A stretch of 64,000 nt of DNA from an uncultured delta proteobacterium (GCA_963735595.1 CAVTLK010000001.1:32001-96000), one strand, 5' to 3'. Positions 25,842 to 38,656 are shown, numbered from the stretch's first letter. A program made the numbers and translations. The notes: a model not told the origin generated them from the sequence alone.

Positions 25842-25869
25842 GGCGGGGCTAACAGCCCCGCCTCTTTTT
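25842..25869 (+). terminator. Hairpin/terminator between binding-protein and permease genes
   Basis: GGCGGGGCT-aac-AGCCCCGCC followed by TCTTTTT. Confidence 0.7.
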
Positions 25870-25889
25870 ATTTCAATCCGGAATATATC

Positions 25890-27687
25890 ATGACTGCAAT
25901 CAGCCTTATTGCGATATCCTTTTTCGTCTTCTGGCTCTGGCTTCTGATGGATTTTATCAACCAGCAGGGAGTCGAGAAAATCCGGAAGGAACGGCTCATA
26001 ACCTTCCATACCTTCCTGGGTCTCATCGGGATAGCCTTCTACTTCTTCTTAATGATCTCGGCCTTTGCCTCTTCTTCGATCGTATATTTTGACAAGATAT
26101 CCGAGGGGACATTCCGGGTAGTCACCACCCAGCTCAGGCCGGCCCTGGTGGCGGGATTCATAATTATCCTCCTGTTCCCGATCGTCGCTGCGGCCAATCT
26201 CCTCATGAAGAAGATGTATGACGCCAAGAAATATCTGAAGATAGTCAACATTTTCGAGGGATTGGCTATTGTCGTGGTGTTTATCTACATTCTTGCCGTT
26301 GGCTCCACTCTTGGAGACATAAACGAAAGAGGCCCGTATCCGTACCTGGTATCCGATATCGTTCACGGTAAGGCGGAGTATTTCGGTTTTGATTTCGGTA
26401 TATATACCCTGAGCTTTACGTTCTCGGTCGTCTTTTTCCTCCTTATTACGACGATAGTTATTTGGCTGTTTGCGGCCGCGCACTATTTGTTCTTTATAAA
26501 AGTACCCCTGAAGCGCAGGGAAATCGTCATGCTCAATACCGAGGAGATCAAAAAAATCTCCGAAATGGCGAAGATCTATAAAAATGCGCTTTATTTACTT
26601 CTTGTGTTTGCGCTTATACTTTTCAGAAACGTTTGGGATTGGCTCTCGGGCTGGCGTATCGGGCACTTCTTTGCCAGGGCAAGCGAGTATATTTCGGGAT
26701 TCGATGCGACTCAACTCGAGAATATCATTACGAACGAGTTGACGGTTATCGGCATTCGGTCGAAATTCGGCGTCTGGCTCTATAAATTCTTTACCGGGGC
26801 ATTTGCCGGCAATGTCGAGGGGATTATCTCTCCGAGTTTCGTGATTGCCTGTATTCTCATTTCTTTCGCAATTATCGTGTTTATTCTTCTCCGGAGGGTG
26901 AACAAGGAGCTTGAGAATATCCAGGTAACTCACGAGGTTAAGATGGATGCGTTCAAGTATTCCATCTACATGGACACATTCAACGCCTGGAGGATCTCGC
27001 TGTTTGCGGGAGTTGCCACCATACTGATTCTCCTCTATTTCTACCAGACGCCCTATTATGCATGCTTCAAGTTCCTTCCGTCCGGCATCGTGGTGACGTT
27101 CGAGGTTACGATAGCGGCCATGCTCATCGCCCTCGTCCTGGGGATGCTGGCGGGTCTGGGAAAACTCTCGAAAAACGTCCTGATAAAAGGGATTGCCTCG
27201 GTATACATTGAGGTCGTCAGAGGGGTACCGCTGCTCGTCCAGCTCTTCTATATCCATTACGGTCTGGGGAGCATTCTCAACCTCCCTCCGCTGGTATCGG
27301 CCATCTCCGCTATGTCCTGGTGTTATGGCGCGTACCTGGGTGAGACCTTCAGGGCCGGCATTCAGTCGATATCGAAGGGGCAGATGGAGGCCGCCAAGTC
27401 CCTGGGAATGACCAATTACCAGACGATGCGGCAGGTCATTATTCCTCAGGCGGTCAAGGTAATACTGCCGCCGGTCGGTAACGACTTTCATCGCGCTGCT
27501 CAAGGATTCGTCATTGGTCTCGATTATCGCGGTGGCCGACCTGCTGCGGAGGGGTCGGGAGTTCGTCGCGGTTTACTTTACCGCGTTCCAGACCTATACG
27601 CTGGTGGCGCTTATTTACCTGGTGATTACCCTGATCCTCTCCAAGGTCGTGTGGAACATGGAAAAGATCATGTCAACGGATGATTAA
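25890..27687 (+). CDS. Amino-acid ABC permease with large N-terminal membrane extension (indel near 27490)
   Basis: C-terminal RGVPLLVQL, ETFRAGIQSISKGQMEAA and LLKDSSL motifs. Confidence 0.85.
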
Positions 27688-27711
27688 CCATAGAAAGTGT
27701 GAGGAACGATT

Positions 27712-28446
27712 GTGGCAGAACCGATTATTTCAGTAAAGAACGTATATAAGAATTTCGGCCATATCCGGGCGCTTCAGGACGTTAGCTACCGATATATTAT
27801 CCCGGCGAGGTTGTCGTTGCGTGCGGACCGTCCGGTTCGGGGAAATCGACGTTCCTGCGCTGCATTAATCGCCTGGAAGAGATCGACCGGGGACGATCAT
27901 TGTCGACGGAATGGATATCTGTGATCCTCACATAAAGATACACAAGATTCGGGAAGAGATCGGGATGGTGTTTCAGCACTTTAATCTCTTCCCGAATAAG
28001 AATGTGTTCGAAAATATTACACTCGCTCAGCTGGTAGTGCGAAAGAGGACGTTTGAGGAATCGTTTGGATAGCAAATAAGTTGCTCGAAAAGGTCGGAAT
28101 CTTCGATAAGGCCGCGGTGTATCCCAGCAAGCTGTCCGGCGGTCAGCAGCAGCGGGTGGCAATCGCCCGGGCGCTGGCGATGCAGCCGAAGATTATGCTC
28201 TTTGATGAGCCGACCTCGGCGCTCGATCCGGAGATGATCGGCGAAGTGCTTGACGTCATGAAGTCGCTTGCCCGGGAAGGGATGACAATGGTCGTCGTGA
28301 CCCACGAAATGGGTTTTGCCCGGGAGGTGGGGGACCGTGTCATCTTCATGGACGAGGGCAGGATCGTGGAGGAAGGAAATCCCGACGATTTCTTCACCAA
28401 TCCGAAGACCGACCGGGCGAAGCTGTTCCTCAGCCAGATACTCTAA
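27712..28446 (+). CDS. Amino-acid ABC ATP-binding subunit (indels)
   Basis: [35 protein letters not shown] and VTHEMGFA motifs. Confidence 0.92.
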
Positions 28447-28708
28447 GTCTGGGACATAAAACCCGACCGCGCATGCGGTAACGGACGCAAGAAGACGGGC
28501 GACCCGGTGGGATCAAGGGGCAAAAGAAGTTCTGCGGCGTGCCGGAGAAAGCGAATAGTACGGAAAGAGAACGGCGATCATCCGGCGGCGCGTCGGCGAA
28601 AATAACGGGGACCGGTAAGCTCGACGCATGACGCGAATCCTGTATAGCACCCCAGAAGCCGTTTCGGCAATCTCAATTCTTACGAAATCGCAACAACAGG
28701 GTATTGAA

Positions 28709-29559
28709 ATGTATCGATCGATTGTCGTATGGTCGTCCGTCGTCCTGATGTGCTGTATTCCGACCGCATGCGGTAAAGAAAAACAACACGAACACCGATG
28801 TGTCACCCGAGGTCATAGCGGCGGGTTCGGACCTTTCAGCGATTATCGGGCGCGGAAAGCTGATGGTGGGTATGGACGTAATCGGACATTCGCTATCAGC
28901 CCTTTGAGATGAAGGATAAGAACGGTCAGATAATCGGATTTGACGTTGACCTCGCTCAAATGATGGCCGATGAACTGGGTGTTAATCTCGAGATCGTTCC
29001 AACAAACTGGGACGGCATTATCCCCGCGCTTATAGACGGGAAGTTCGATCTCATTATCTCGGGCATGGCGATAAGCACCGAGCGTAACAAGGCAATCAAT
29101 TTTTCAACGCCTTACTTCCTCTCGGGTAAATGCCTCCTTATTAACAGGCGAGACTATTTTCGTATTAAGGATTACCATGATCTCAACCGTAACGGGACGG
29201 TGGTGGTCACGACATTCTCCGACGACATGGTTCTTAAACGCTATTTCCCTGAGACGGACATCGTCCGATTCAAGAGCGACGAAGAAGCCGTGCGTGAGGT
29301 AATCGAAGGAAGGGCGGACGCGTTTATTGCGGATAGGGCGCGGGTCTCTATTTTCGCGGCAAAATACCCTGGGACCACTGCAGCCATCGAGGATCCGTTT
29401 ACCTATGAGCCGATGGCCATCGGGATGCGCAAGGGAGACGTTGACCTCCTTAACTGGGTAAATAATTGCATCGAAATTATGAAGGGCGACGGGAGGCTGC
29501 CGGCGCTCGAAAAGAAGTGGATGGAGCAGTACCTTCCTCCTTCACCGGAAAATGGCTAA
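28709..29559 (+). CDS. Second amino-acid ABC substrate-binding protein (indels)
   Basis: Signal segment ending PTAC; PFEMKD...GFDVDLA and WDGIIPAL motifs. Confidence 0.85.
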
Positions 29560-29667
29560 CGCATCCCGGTAGACCATATCACCGCGATAATCGGTTGCTT
29601 CCACAATAGAGATGGAACGCCTGCCGACGGTTACGTGTCAGACTAAACGATAGGGAGCGGATTCCGT

Positions 29668-30087
29668 ATGAGACTACTGGCGCTTGACGTGGGGGAAAGG
29701 CGGATCGGACTTGCGGTGAGTGACCCTCTCGAGATGATAGCACAGCCCTTGGGTACGATACCGCGGAACGCGGCGTCTGTTGAGGCTATCGCTCGGATCG
29801 TCAGAGAAAAAGAAGTCGGCGAAATCGTCGTCGGGCTTCCGGTCAATATGAACGGTACCTTTGGCCCCCAGGCGGATGAGGTCAATGAATTCGCCCACGA
29901 AATAACCGCTGCAATCGACATCCCGTTGGTCTTCATCGACGAGCGCCTTACTACCGTAGAGGCGGAAAAATTGATGATTTCGGCGGATGTGTCCAGACAC
30001 AAGAGGAAAGGGACTATCGATAGTGTCGCCGCGGCCATAATCCTTGAAAAGCGCCTGCGAGACAGAAAAGACCGGCCGGGCGCGTAG
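29668..30087 (+). CDS. ruvX: YqgF/RuvX pre-16S rRNA nuclease
   Basis: LALDVGERRIGLAVSD, VVGLP, DERLTT and DSVAAAIIL motifs. Confidence 0.95.
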   Translation: MRLLALDVGERRIGLAVSDPLEMIAQPLGTIPRNAASVEAIARIVREKEVGEIVVGLPVNMNGTFGPQADEVNEFAHEITAAIDIPLVFIDERLTTVEAEKLMISADVSRHKRKGTIDSVAAAIILEKRLRDRKDRPGA

Positions 30088-30131
30088 CGGCTGCCGGCCT
30101 CGACGGGCGTGTCAGACCCTGCAGTAATGAT

Positions 30132-31158
30132 ATGAGACGTATAAAGAAAATTGTCGTTGTCGCCCTATTACTGGTTGTCGTTGCGGTGATCGGTACGGGA
30201 TTCTTCGTCTACCGGACGTTTCTCATGCCTGCGGGGAAGCTCACAGAGCCGACCGTTGTGGTGGTCGGGGAGGGTGATACGCTTTCCGAGACCGCACACG
30301 AGTTGGAAAAGAAGGGGGCAATCCTAAATGAGCGGCTGTTCGTTACGGCGGCCCGCTATCTTGGCGTCGATAGAATGATACGTGTCGGCGAATACAAAAT
30401 CGAACCGACGATGTCCCCGAAAGATATACTGGTAATGCTGCTTAAGGGACACGTGGTGGAATATCCCGTTACCGTGCCGGAGGGGCTCAACATCTACCAG
30501 GTTGGAGACCTCCTGGCCGAGAAGGGATTTGGCGAGCGGGACGAATTTATGACGACTCTCTCAAGATAGGGAATTCATCGGTCGCATTAGGTCTGGAGGC
30601 GTAACGCTGGAAGGATATCTCTTCCCTGATACGTACCGCGTTACGAAAGGGATGCACGAGCCGGAGATTATTACGTTGATGGTCAATCGATTTACAGAAG
30701 TCTTCGGTGAAGAAAAGAAAAAGGAAAAATCAAAGGCCGGCGATGCCCTGACGGATTATGAGCGGTTGATCCTTGCCTCGATCATTGAAAAGGAGACGGG
30801 CGCCCCCGAGGAACGCCCCCTCGTTTCAGCCGTCTTCACGAACCGTCTTGAGAAGGGAATGAAGCTTGACAGTTGTGCGACCGTTATCTATGGAATATGG
30901 GACCGGTTTGACGGTAACCTGACGGAACGGGATCTCTCGACATGGACGAGCTATAACACGTATATGAATCCGGGATTTCCTCCCGGGCCTATATGCAATC
31001 CCGGGAGGGCGTCGATAGCGGCAGCCATAACCCCGGCTGACGCCGACTATCTCTTTTTCGTGTCGAAAAATGACGGCACTTCTCACTTCTCGAGCACACT
31101 ATCCGAACACAACCGGGCCGTCTACGAGTATCAAATATTGAAAAAAAACCGGAAGTAG
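30132..31158 (+). CDS. mltG: Endolytic transglycosylase MltG (indel near 30565)
   Basis: TVPEG, LEGYLFPDTY, LASIIEKET, YNTY...PPGPICNPG and YLFFV motifs. Confidence 0.93.
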
Positions 31159-31462
31159 CCGCCGTCCCTCGGAGTCCCAGCCGTTCTATTTCCTTTTCGT
31201 ACACCGGCCAGGTGTCCCGATATACCGCCCGGCTTCCCGCCCGGACCTGTCTGTCGCCGAACACTGAATGGAGGTTGAGCCGCCGGACAGCGGGGAAGCT
31301 AAGCGTACGCCACGACGGTGCCGTTTGGCCAATCCCGCGTAATTCCTCATCCGCTCAAGCCCCGTTTCTATCTCCGGTTAGATAAGGCCGGCAATGACGT
31401 GCCTGATGGATCGGCAGAATACCATTCATCGCGTCCGGCTGTAAGTTAGGCGTATAAAATTA

Positions 31463-31491
31463 TTGACTATTTCGAGGCGGGGTGGTACTAT
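31463..31491 (+). promoter_or_regulatory. sigma70-like promoter of serS
   Basis: TTGACT-17 nt-TACTAT with an extended -10 TG. Confidence 0.65.
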
Positions 31492-31527
31492 TTATAAGTT
31501 TTATGTATTTGGAAGTATAAACAAGAC

Positions 31528-32802
<1,275 letters not shown>

Positions 32803-32873
32803 TTGTATGGGGGGCGCTTTAAACCGGTTGATAATTTTTCAAATTACAGGTACAATACATACAGAGCGTTCAT

Positions 32874-32959
32874 GGAGGGATGGCCGAGTGGCTTAAGGCG
32901 GCGGTCTTGAAAACCGCAGAACGAAAGTTCCGTGGGTTCGAATCCTACTCCCTCCGCCA
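32874..32959 (+). tRNA. tRNA-Ser(UGA)
   Basis: GGAGGGA acceptor stem, GCGGT-CTTGAAA-ACCGC anticodon arm, long variable arm, GGTTCGAATCC, encoded CCA. Confidence 0.96.
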
Positions 32960-33121
32960 GTACGAGAAAATAGCGGTATACAAGTCGCGGAGTAACACCG
33001 CTTCGGCGGCGGCAGGGTTTTTTGGATATCGGCCACCCCTTTTTATTAGATAGGGCGATAACCCGTCATTGGCGCGGATTACAGGCTGGTCGGTATCGGA
33101 TAACGTAACGTAAATATATGC

Positions 33122-33216
33122 GGAGAGATGGCCGAGCACGGCTGAAGGCGCTCGCCTGCTAAGCGAGTGTAGGGGCTAAACTCCTACCGAGGGTTCGAAT
33201 CCCTCTCTCTCCGCCA
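33122..33216 (+). tRNA. tRNA-Ser(GCU)
   Basis: GGAGAGA acceptor stem, CTCGC-CTGCTAA-GCGAG anticodon arm, long variable arm, GGTTCGAATCC, encoded CCA. Confidence 0.96.
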
Positions 33217-33243
33217 CTTTATTTCTCCCACTGTGATCAACAG

Positions 33244-34546
33244 ATGATACGAAAACTTTCGCACGTCCTGGCATTATTCCTGGTGCTGGCCGCTGTTGCG
33301 TCCTGCGGGCGGTCGGTCTCGCCGGGGGCCCTCAAGCACGCGGCCGAGGGCCAGCGGCTTTTCGAGCTCATGCAGTACGAGGACGCCGTCAAGGAATACA
33401 ACGAGGCCATCAAGATCCAGCCCTCCTTCGCAGCCGCGTACCTGGGAATCGGGAGATGCCTGGCGGAGACCGGGAGATTCGACGAGGCGCTTAAGCAGTA
33501 TAAGACGGCGATGGATCTGGACCCCAAGAACGAGACCATCATGTACGAGATCGCCCGGGCCTACATCGAGAAGGATCTCGATGAAGAAGGGCTGTTGATG
33601 CTGGATAGGGCAAAGGGGCGCGACGCCGACAACCCGAAGTATTTTCTCTACCGCGGAATATATTACTACAAGAATTTACAGTTCGCGCCGGCCATAGACG
33701 AATTCCTGAAGGCGGCCGATGAAGATTCAAAATCCCCCGAACCGTATATCCAGTTGAGTCTCCTGTATAGTAACGCCAGCAACCCCTCATATAGAGACGG
33801 TGAAAAGGCCGTCGGGTATGCGGAAAAGGCCGTCGACCTTGCCCCGGATTCGCTCAAGGCCCTCGATACGCTGGCGAACGCGTATTTCTCCGCGGGGAAA
33901 TACGACGCCGCCGAGGAGACGATCAGGCGTGCGATGGAGAAATCCCCGGGCAATTCCGTGCTCACGGAAAGCCTCATGCGTTTCCAGAACACCGTCAAGG
34001 GGTCGGCCGACGAACATAACCTCAAGGGGGCGGAGCTTCTGGAAGCGGGCGACTACGGCGCCGCGGCCGAGGAATTCAAAATGGCCGTCGAGATTGATCC
34101 CAACGTTCGCGGACGGCTACTACAACCTCGGCAAGGTCTATTCGCAGATTAAAGATTATGAGCAGGCGCTGGCCTCATACAAGAAGGCGATCGAGCTGGA
34201 CCCAGAAAACGCGCGGTACCACTATAACCTCGCGATAGTTTACGGGCTAAAGGGGTTGACTAAAGAGAGCGAGCAGGAATACCTTTTGGCGATATCGCTC
34301 GATCCATACTACGACAAGGCCCATAACAACCTCGGCGCGCTGTACGTTAAAATGGATAAGCTGAACGAAGCCTTGATTGAGTTCGATAAGGCCTTTGAGA
34401 TTAATCCGAGAAGCGATTATAAGAATAATAGCGACATGGTACGGGCCATGATGGAAGAGCGGGGCCTCGCCCCGAAGAATACGCCGCCCAGACAAGGGGA
34501 AGAGCCAGTATTAAGCATCGTCGTAATCGAGGTTGTCCATGAATGA
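33244..34546 (+). CDS. TPR-repeat lipoprotein (indel near 34105)
   Basis: AAVASC lipobox-like signal; repeated A..Y.NLG...A..LDP TPR units. Confidence 0.85.
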
Positions 34547-35523
34547 TTTAGAAGGTAAGGTTCCACAGATCGAGGGTAACTTCACCGCGCTCTCTCTGGT
34601 AAGCCTGATACAGGGTATCTCGGCAAACAAGCGGATGCTGATCACGCTGTTCTCCATCGACGGAAGCGAGGGCAGGCTCTATTTCGAGAATTCCCGCATC
34701 GTGGGCGCCTTTGTTGGGGAAGATTTAACCGGTAAGAAGGCGTTCTTCAGGATGATCGAATGGGAAGACGCCCGTTTCCAGGCGTATGATATTACCGATA
34801 TAGACCAGTCCAGGTTCAATATCGATCTGGAGGTCTCTCACCTGCTGCTGGAAGGTCTCCGGCAGAAGGACGAAAAGGCAAAGATTAAGAAACGGATCCT
34901 GCCGATCTACAAGATAACGAAGGCCGAGGGGAGCTTCGAGTTAGGCGACAAAGAGCAGGAGCTGTTTTCGATCATCCCCGCCAGACGGCATCTTCGTCAA
35001 TACGCTGGTGAACATGACCTCGATGACCGACTGGGAGGCATATACGAACCTGTCGTCGCTGATGATCAAGCGGGCGATCATCTTTGTCAAGATCAAGACG
35101 CTGGTTATCGACGACAGCGAGTTCATGACCAAGATCGTGCGGGATATCCTCGAGAACCTCTATAAGGACGTCCTGGTCATCAAGACGTTGAAGACGGGAG
35201 GCGAAGCTATCAAGCTGATCGCTTCTCCCGAGTCAAAGGTCCGCCCCGACCTGATCTTTACCGACATCGTAATGGAGGGGACCAGCGGGATGGAGGTCAT
35301 CAAGGCGGCGAGGGCCCAGAGCCCCCCGATCCTGACCATCGCCGTAACCTCGCTCCAGCGGGAGATGAAAGAGATCCTCGACGCCGGCGCAAACTACCTC
35401 CACAAGAACTGGATCACGCGCGACAACATCGGCGATATCATGAGCGACCTCGTGGAGCGCACGATCTGCGGAGAAGTCGGCGTCATCGGCGGCGAGACCT
35501 ACATCAAGCCCGCGGTATCCTGA
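34539..35523 (+). CDS. DUF4388/PATAN plus C-terminal receiver domain protein (PatA-like; indel near 34980)
   Basis: IEGNF..LSLVSLIQ, GRLYFEN..IVGA and LLLEGLRQKDE; then LVIDDS...PDLIFTDIVM. Confidence 0.75.
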
Positions 35524-35558
35524 GCGTCCGCCCGGCCGGCAAACCTCACGGTAATAGA

Positions 35559-35606
35559 CCCCGGTGAAAGCCCCGGTAAAAAGCCCCGGAAAAGCCCCGG
35601 TAAAAG
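35559..35606. repeat. Four-copy tandem repeat of about 12 bp (CCCCGGTAAAAG)
   Basis: ccccggtgaaag/ccccggtaaaaag/ccccggaaaag/ccccggtaaaag. Confidence 0.85.
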
Positions 35607-36143
35607 TCATTCATACCAACACACCCAACAGACACAACCTCACGAAGACGAGGGAGCTTGCCGAGGTGGCGGTTATCTCCGCCCTCTACGTGGCGCTGAC
35701 CTACCTGGTCGCGCCGGTCGCATACGGGCCGATCCAGTTTCGCGTCAGCGAGGCGCTGGTAATCCTGGTGGCGGCGCGCCGGCACCTGCTCTGGTTCGTT
35801 CCCGTGGGCTGCGTCGTCGCCAATCTTCTCTCGCCCTACGCGGGCGTGTGGGACCTCGCGTTCATGCCGGCCATGAGCACCGTGGGGGCGCTCCCCCTCT
35901 TTTTCATGGGGCGGCGGTTCGTGCTGGCGGACGGGCTGGTTTTACGGGTCGGTGACGGGGCTCTCGGTGGCGCTGATGATCTCGGTCATCGAGGGGGGCG
36001 GGTTTGCGGTCCTTGCCGTCTCGGTCACGGCAAGCCAGCTGATCATCATGACGATCGGGTGGCTCCTGCTCTCCGGCTACCTGCTGGTGTTTAAGTCCGG
36101 AGGAAAGGGGAACGGCGGTGAGGCGCGCGGGACGGACGGATGA
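35564..36143 (+). CDS. queT: QueT-family membrane transporter (indel; start uncertain)
   Basis: AVISALYVALT..APVAYGPIQFRVSEAL and GCVVANLLSP motifs. Confidence 0.75.
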
Positions 36144-36194
36144 TGGCGGAGGGACGCCCGGCGTGTCGGTACCGGGAGGCCGGGACAGGCCGCG

Positions 36195-37104
36195 TCAGGC
36201 CGATTCGGCGATACCGCGGATGATCGAGAGTATCTCGAGGTACTTGTTCCTGGTCCCCTCGACGATATCGGGCGGCAGGGCAGGGGCCGGCGGCCGCTTG
36301 TCCCAATCGGTGGTCTCCAGCCAGTCCCGGACGAACTGCTTGTCGTAGCTTGCGGGGGACTCTCCCAGGCGGTAGGACTCCACCGGCCAGAAGCGGGACG
36401 AATCGGGCGTCAGCGCCTCGTCGATCAGGATGACCCGTCCGTCGTAAATCCCAAACTCGAACTTGGTGTCGGCAAGGATCACCCCGCGCTCGCGGCAGGC
36501 GGTCGTGGGCGAAGCGGTAGATCGAAAGCGACAGCTCTCCGACGGTGCGGACGACCTCGCGCCCAGGAGGCCTTCGGCGTCCGTCACGGAGATGTTTTCG
36601 TCGTGGCCCACGTCTGCCTTGGTGGAGGGGGTGAAGATCGGCTCCGGCAGCTGCTCGGCAAGCCTGAGGCCCGCCGGGAGCGCTATGGCCGGAGATCATC
36701 CCGGTCTTCTGATAGTCCTTGTAGCCGGAGCCCGCCAGGTACCCGCGGACGATGCACTCGAGGTCGACGCGCTGTGCCTTCCTGACGAGCACCGATCTGC
36801 CGGAAAGCTCGGGCCTGCCCGTGAAGGGGGCGGGGAATTTGGCGGCGTCGGTCTCGATGATATGGTTTTCGACGAACGTCAGCAGCGAAAACCAGATGTT
36901 GGATATCTCGGTGAGTATCTGCCCCTTGCCGGGGATGCCGTCGGTAAAGACCACGTCGAACGCCGAGAGGCGGTCCGTGGCGACGATGATGAGGCTGTCG
37001 CCGAGGTCGAAGATCTCCCGGACCTTGCCGGAATAGTCGGGCCGCCTGCCGTCGACGGCGATTGAGGTGAGGGCGTGTGGGGTCTGTTCCACGTTTTCTT
37101 TCAT
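36195..37104 (-). CDS. purC: SAICAR synthase (indels)
   Basis: SGKVRE, TDRLSAFD, ECIVRGYL, ADTKFEFG, DEALTPDSSRFW and DKQFVRDWL motifs. Confidence 0.95.
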
Positions 37105-37111
37105 GGGGGCG

Positions 37112-37140
37112 ATTGTAGCAGATCGGGGCGTGCCGGTCAA
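37112..37140 (-). promoter_or_regulatory. purC promoter, probably leaderless
   Basis: TTGACC-17 nt-TACAAT with TG extension, then 7 nt to ATG and no SD sequence. Confidence 0.65.
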
Positions 37141-37225
37141 CGTTTTTTGCCGGGCGCGTATCATTTCCGGGCAGGGGGAAAGGCGAACCGTTTGACCGCC
37201 CGGCGCATCATATAGAATAGAGAAG

Positions 37226-37290
37226 GCCGCAACGGTGCGGCAGGACAGATTGCCGAACGGCGGCAAGCCCCGAATAAGGGGCTTTTTATT
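37226..37290 (+). ncRNA. Candidate structured RNA: two AACGG-loop hairpins plus intrinsic terminator
   Basis: GCCGC-AACGGT-GCGGC; TTGCCG-AACGG-CGGCAA; AAGCCCC-gaataa-GGGGCTT followed by a T run. Confidence 0.45.
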
Positions 37291-37298
37291 TTAAAGAG

Positions 37299-37496
37299 TG
37301 TCGCCTTCGGCGACGTTTATTATCGTCATTGCGAGGAGGCCGTCAGGCCGACGCGGCAATCTGCAGCAATGTCGCCCCCGGCGACGTTTATTATCGTCAT
37401 TGCGAGGGGCCGAGGCGCCGCGGCAATCCCCTGTCTGTCACGATCAACCCCTTCCCCGTCATTGCGAGGAGGCCGTCAGGCCGACGCGGCAATCTC
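37299..37496 (+). repeat. REP-like composite palindromic repeat array
   Basis: Three CGTCATTGCGAGG...GGCAATC units; two are preceded by TGTCGCC-4 nt-GGCGAC-type hairpins and GTTTATTAT. Confidence 0.85.
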
Positions 37497-37814
37497 GGAC
37501 GCGACTTAGTCTCGCGGGCCCATTGAGTATGTATGCGGTAAGCATCTCGCACAGGACTGATGAACATGGGGCAGGTTCATTCTTCCTGTAAATTATTCAT
37601 AGAATTTACTATACCTATGTCCCACTGTATTATAATCATGCATAATTGACAGGAAATTATAGTACATTATATGCCTTTTTTGCTTGACACGTCCCCCATT
37701 TTATGGCATAATTATTACTAACAAATCAAGAAACCCACAAGACCAACAATCCCACTGATAAAAATCTGTTGTCTATTTAAGAGGTGCTGTGTGAAGCTCA
37801 ATGTAAATTGGACT

Positions 37815-38495
37815 ATGTTTGAGGACCGTGCGCAAAAGATGAGAATGAAACAGAGGCACAAGTGCCCGAAGCTCGTGACCTGGTCGCTGGTCTGCCTGAC
37901 GGTCGTCGCGATCACCGGCGCGGCGCTGGTATCCCGCGTGGTGGTCGGGCCGGAATCGGTCGACCGCCTGGTGCGGACGGCCTGGCTTTCGGACGAGACG
38001 GCAGCCTGTCGGAAAGGATCAATTCTTCGATCTACGACTATATCCACTCGTTCAATACGGGGCTTTCGGACTCCGAGGAGCGCGAGCTTGCAACGCTGAT
38101 CTATTTCGAATCGATGAAATACGGATACGACCCGGAGTTTATCCTGGCCATTATCCAGACCGAGAGCGCGTTCAACCCGGAGGCCGTCTCCAACGTGGGG
38201 GCGTACGGGCTGATGCAGCTGATGCCTTCCACCGCACGCGAGATCGCCCACGAGGTGAAGATCCCCTTCGAGGGCAAAAGCACGCTGAGCCAGCCGGACC
38301 TGAACGTCCGCATGGGGACGTATTATCTGTTTAAGATGATGCTCCAGTTCAAGGACGTGCGGCTGGCGCTGGTGGCCTATAACTGCGGGCCGGGGTTCGT
38401 GGAGGAGATGGTCAGAGAGGGGCAACAAGCTGCCCGAGGAGTATGTGGATAGGGTCATGGGGAATTACGAGAAGATCAAGACGATGGGGATGTAG
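37815..38495 (+). CDS. SLT-domain lytic transglycosylase (indels)
   Basis: LAIIQTESAFNP..S.VGAYGLMQL and ALVAYNCGP motifs; N-terminal TM segment; promoter TTGACA-17-CATAAT at 37684-37712. Confidence 0.88.
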
Positions 38496-38524
38496 ATTCG
38501 TCCAACGCATATAACGCGCGCACG

Positions 38525-38551
38525 AAAAACCCGCCGAAAGGCGGGTTTTTT
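38525..38551. terminator. Bidirectional-type intrinsic terminator
   Basis: AAAAACCCGCC-GAAA-GGCGGGTTTTT. Confidence 0.9.
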
Positions 38552-38594
38552 ATATTTTTCTCTAAAACGAAGTACTAAATATGTGATTTTTATT

Positions 38595-38623
38595 TTGACA
38601 GAACTTGTACAATAGTTTAAAAT
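38595..38623 (+). promoter_or_regulatory. sigma70 promoter of the AT-rich island
   Basis: TTGACA-17 nt-TAAAAT; the palindrome TTGTACAA lies in the spacer. Confidence 0.75.
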
Positions 38624-38656
38624 TAATAAAAAGTAGTTTAATTATAGGAATGAAAT

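Noticed and set aside
31160..31460. Possible ncRNA or T-box upstream of serS
   Set aside because: Only an imperfect hairpin near 31231-31300; no T-box, SRP or 6S signature, and the serS promoter lies downstream of it.
37299..37496. Possible CRISPR array
   Set aside because: Units are palindromic REP-like elements with irregular, partly repeated spacers, and no cas genes are present.
37298..37591. Paralogous small ORFs MSPSATFIIVIARR and MSPSATVIIVIARP (42849-43127)
   Set aside because: They are translations of the REP-like repeat, not genes.
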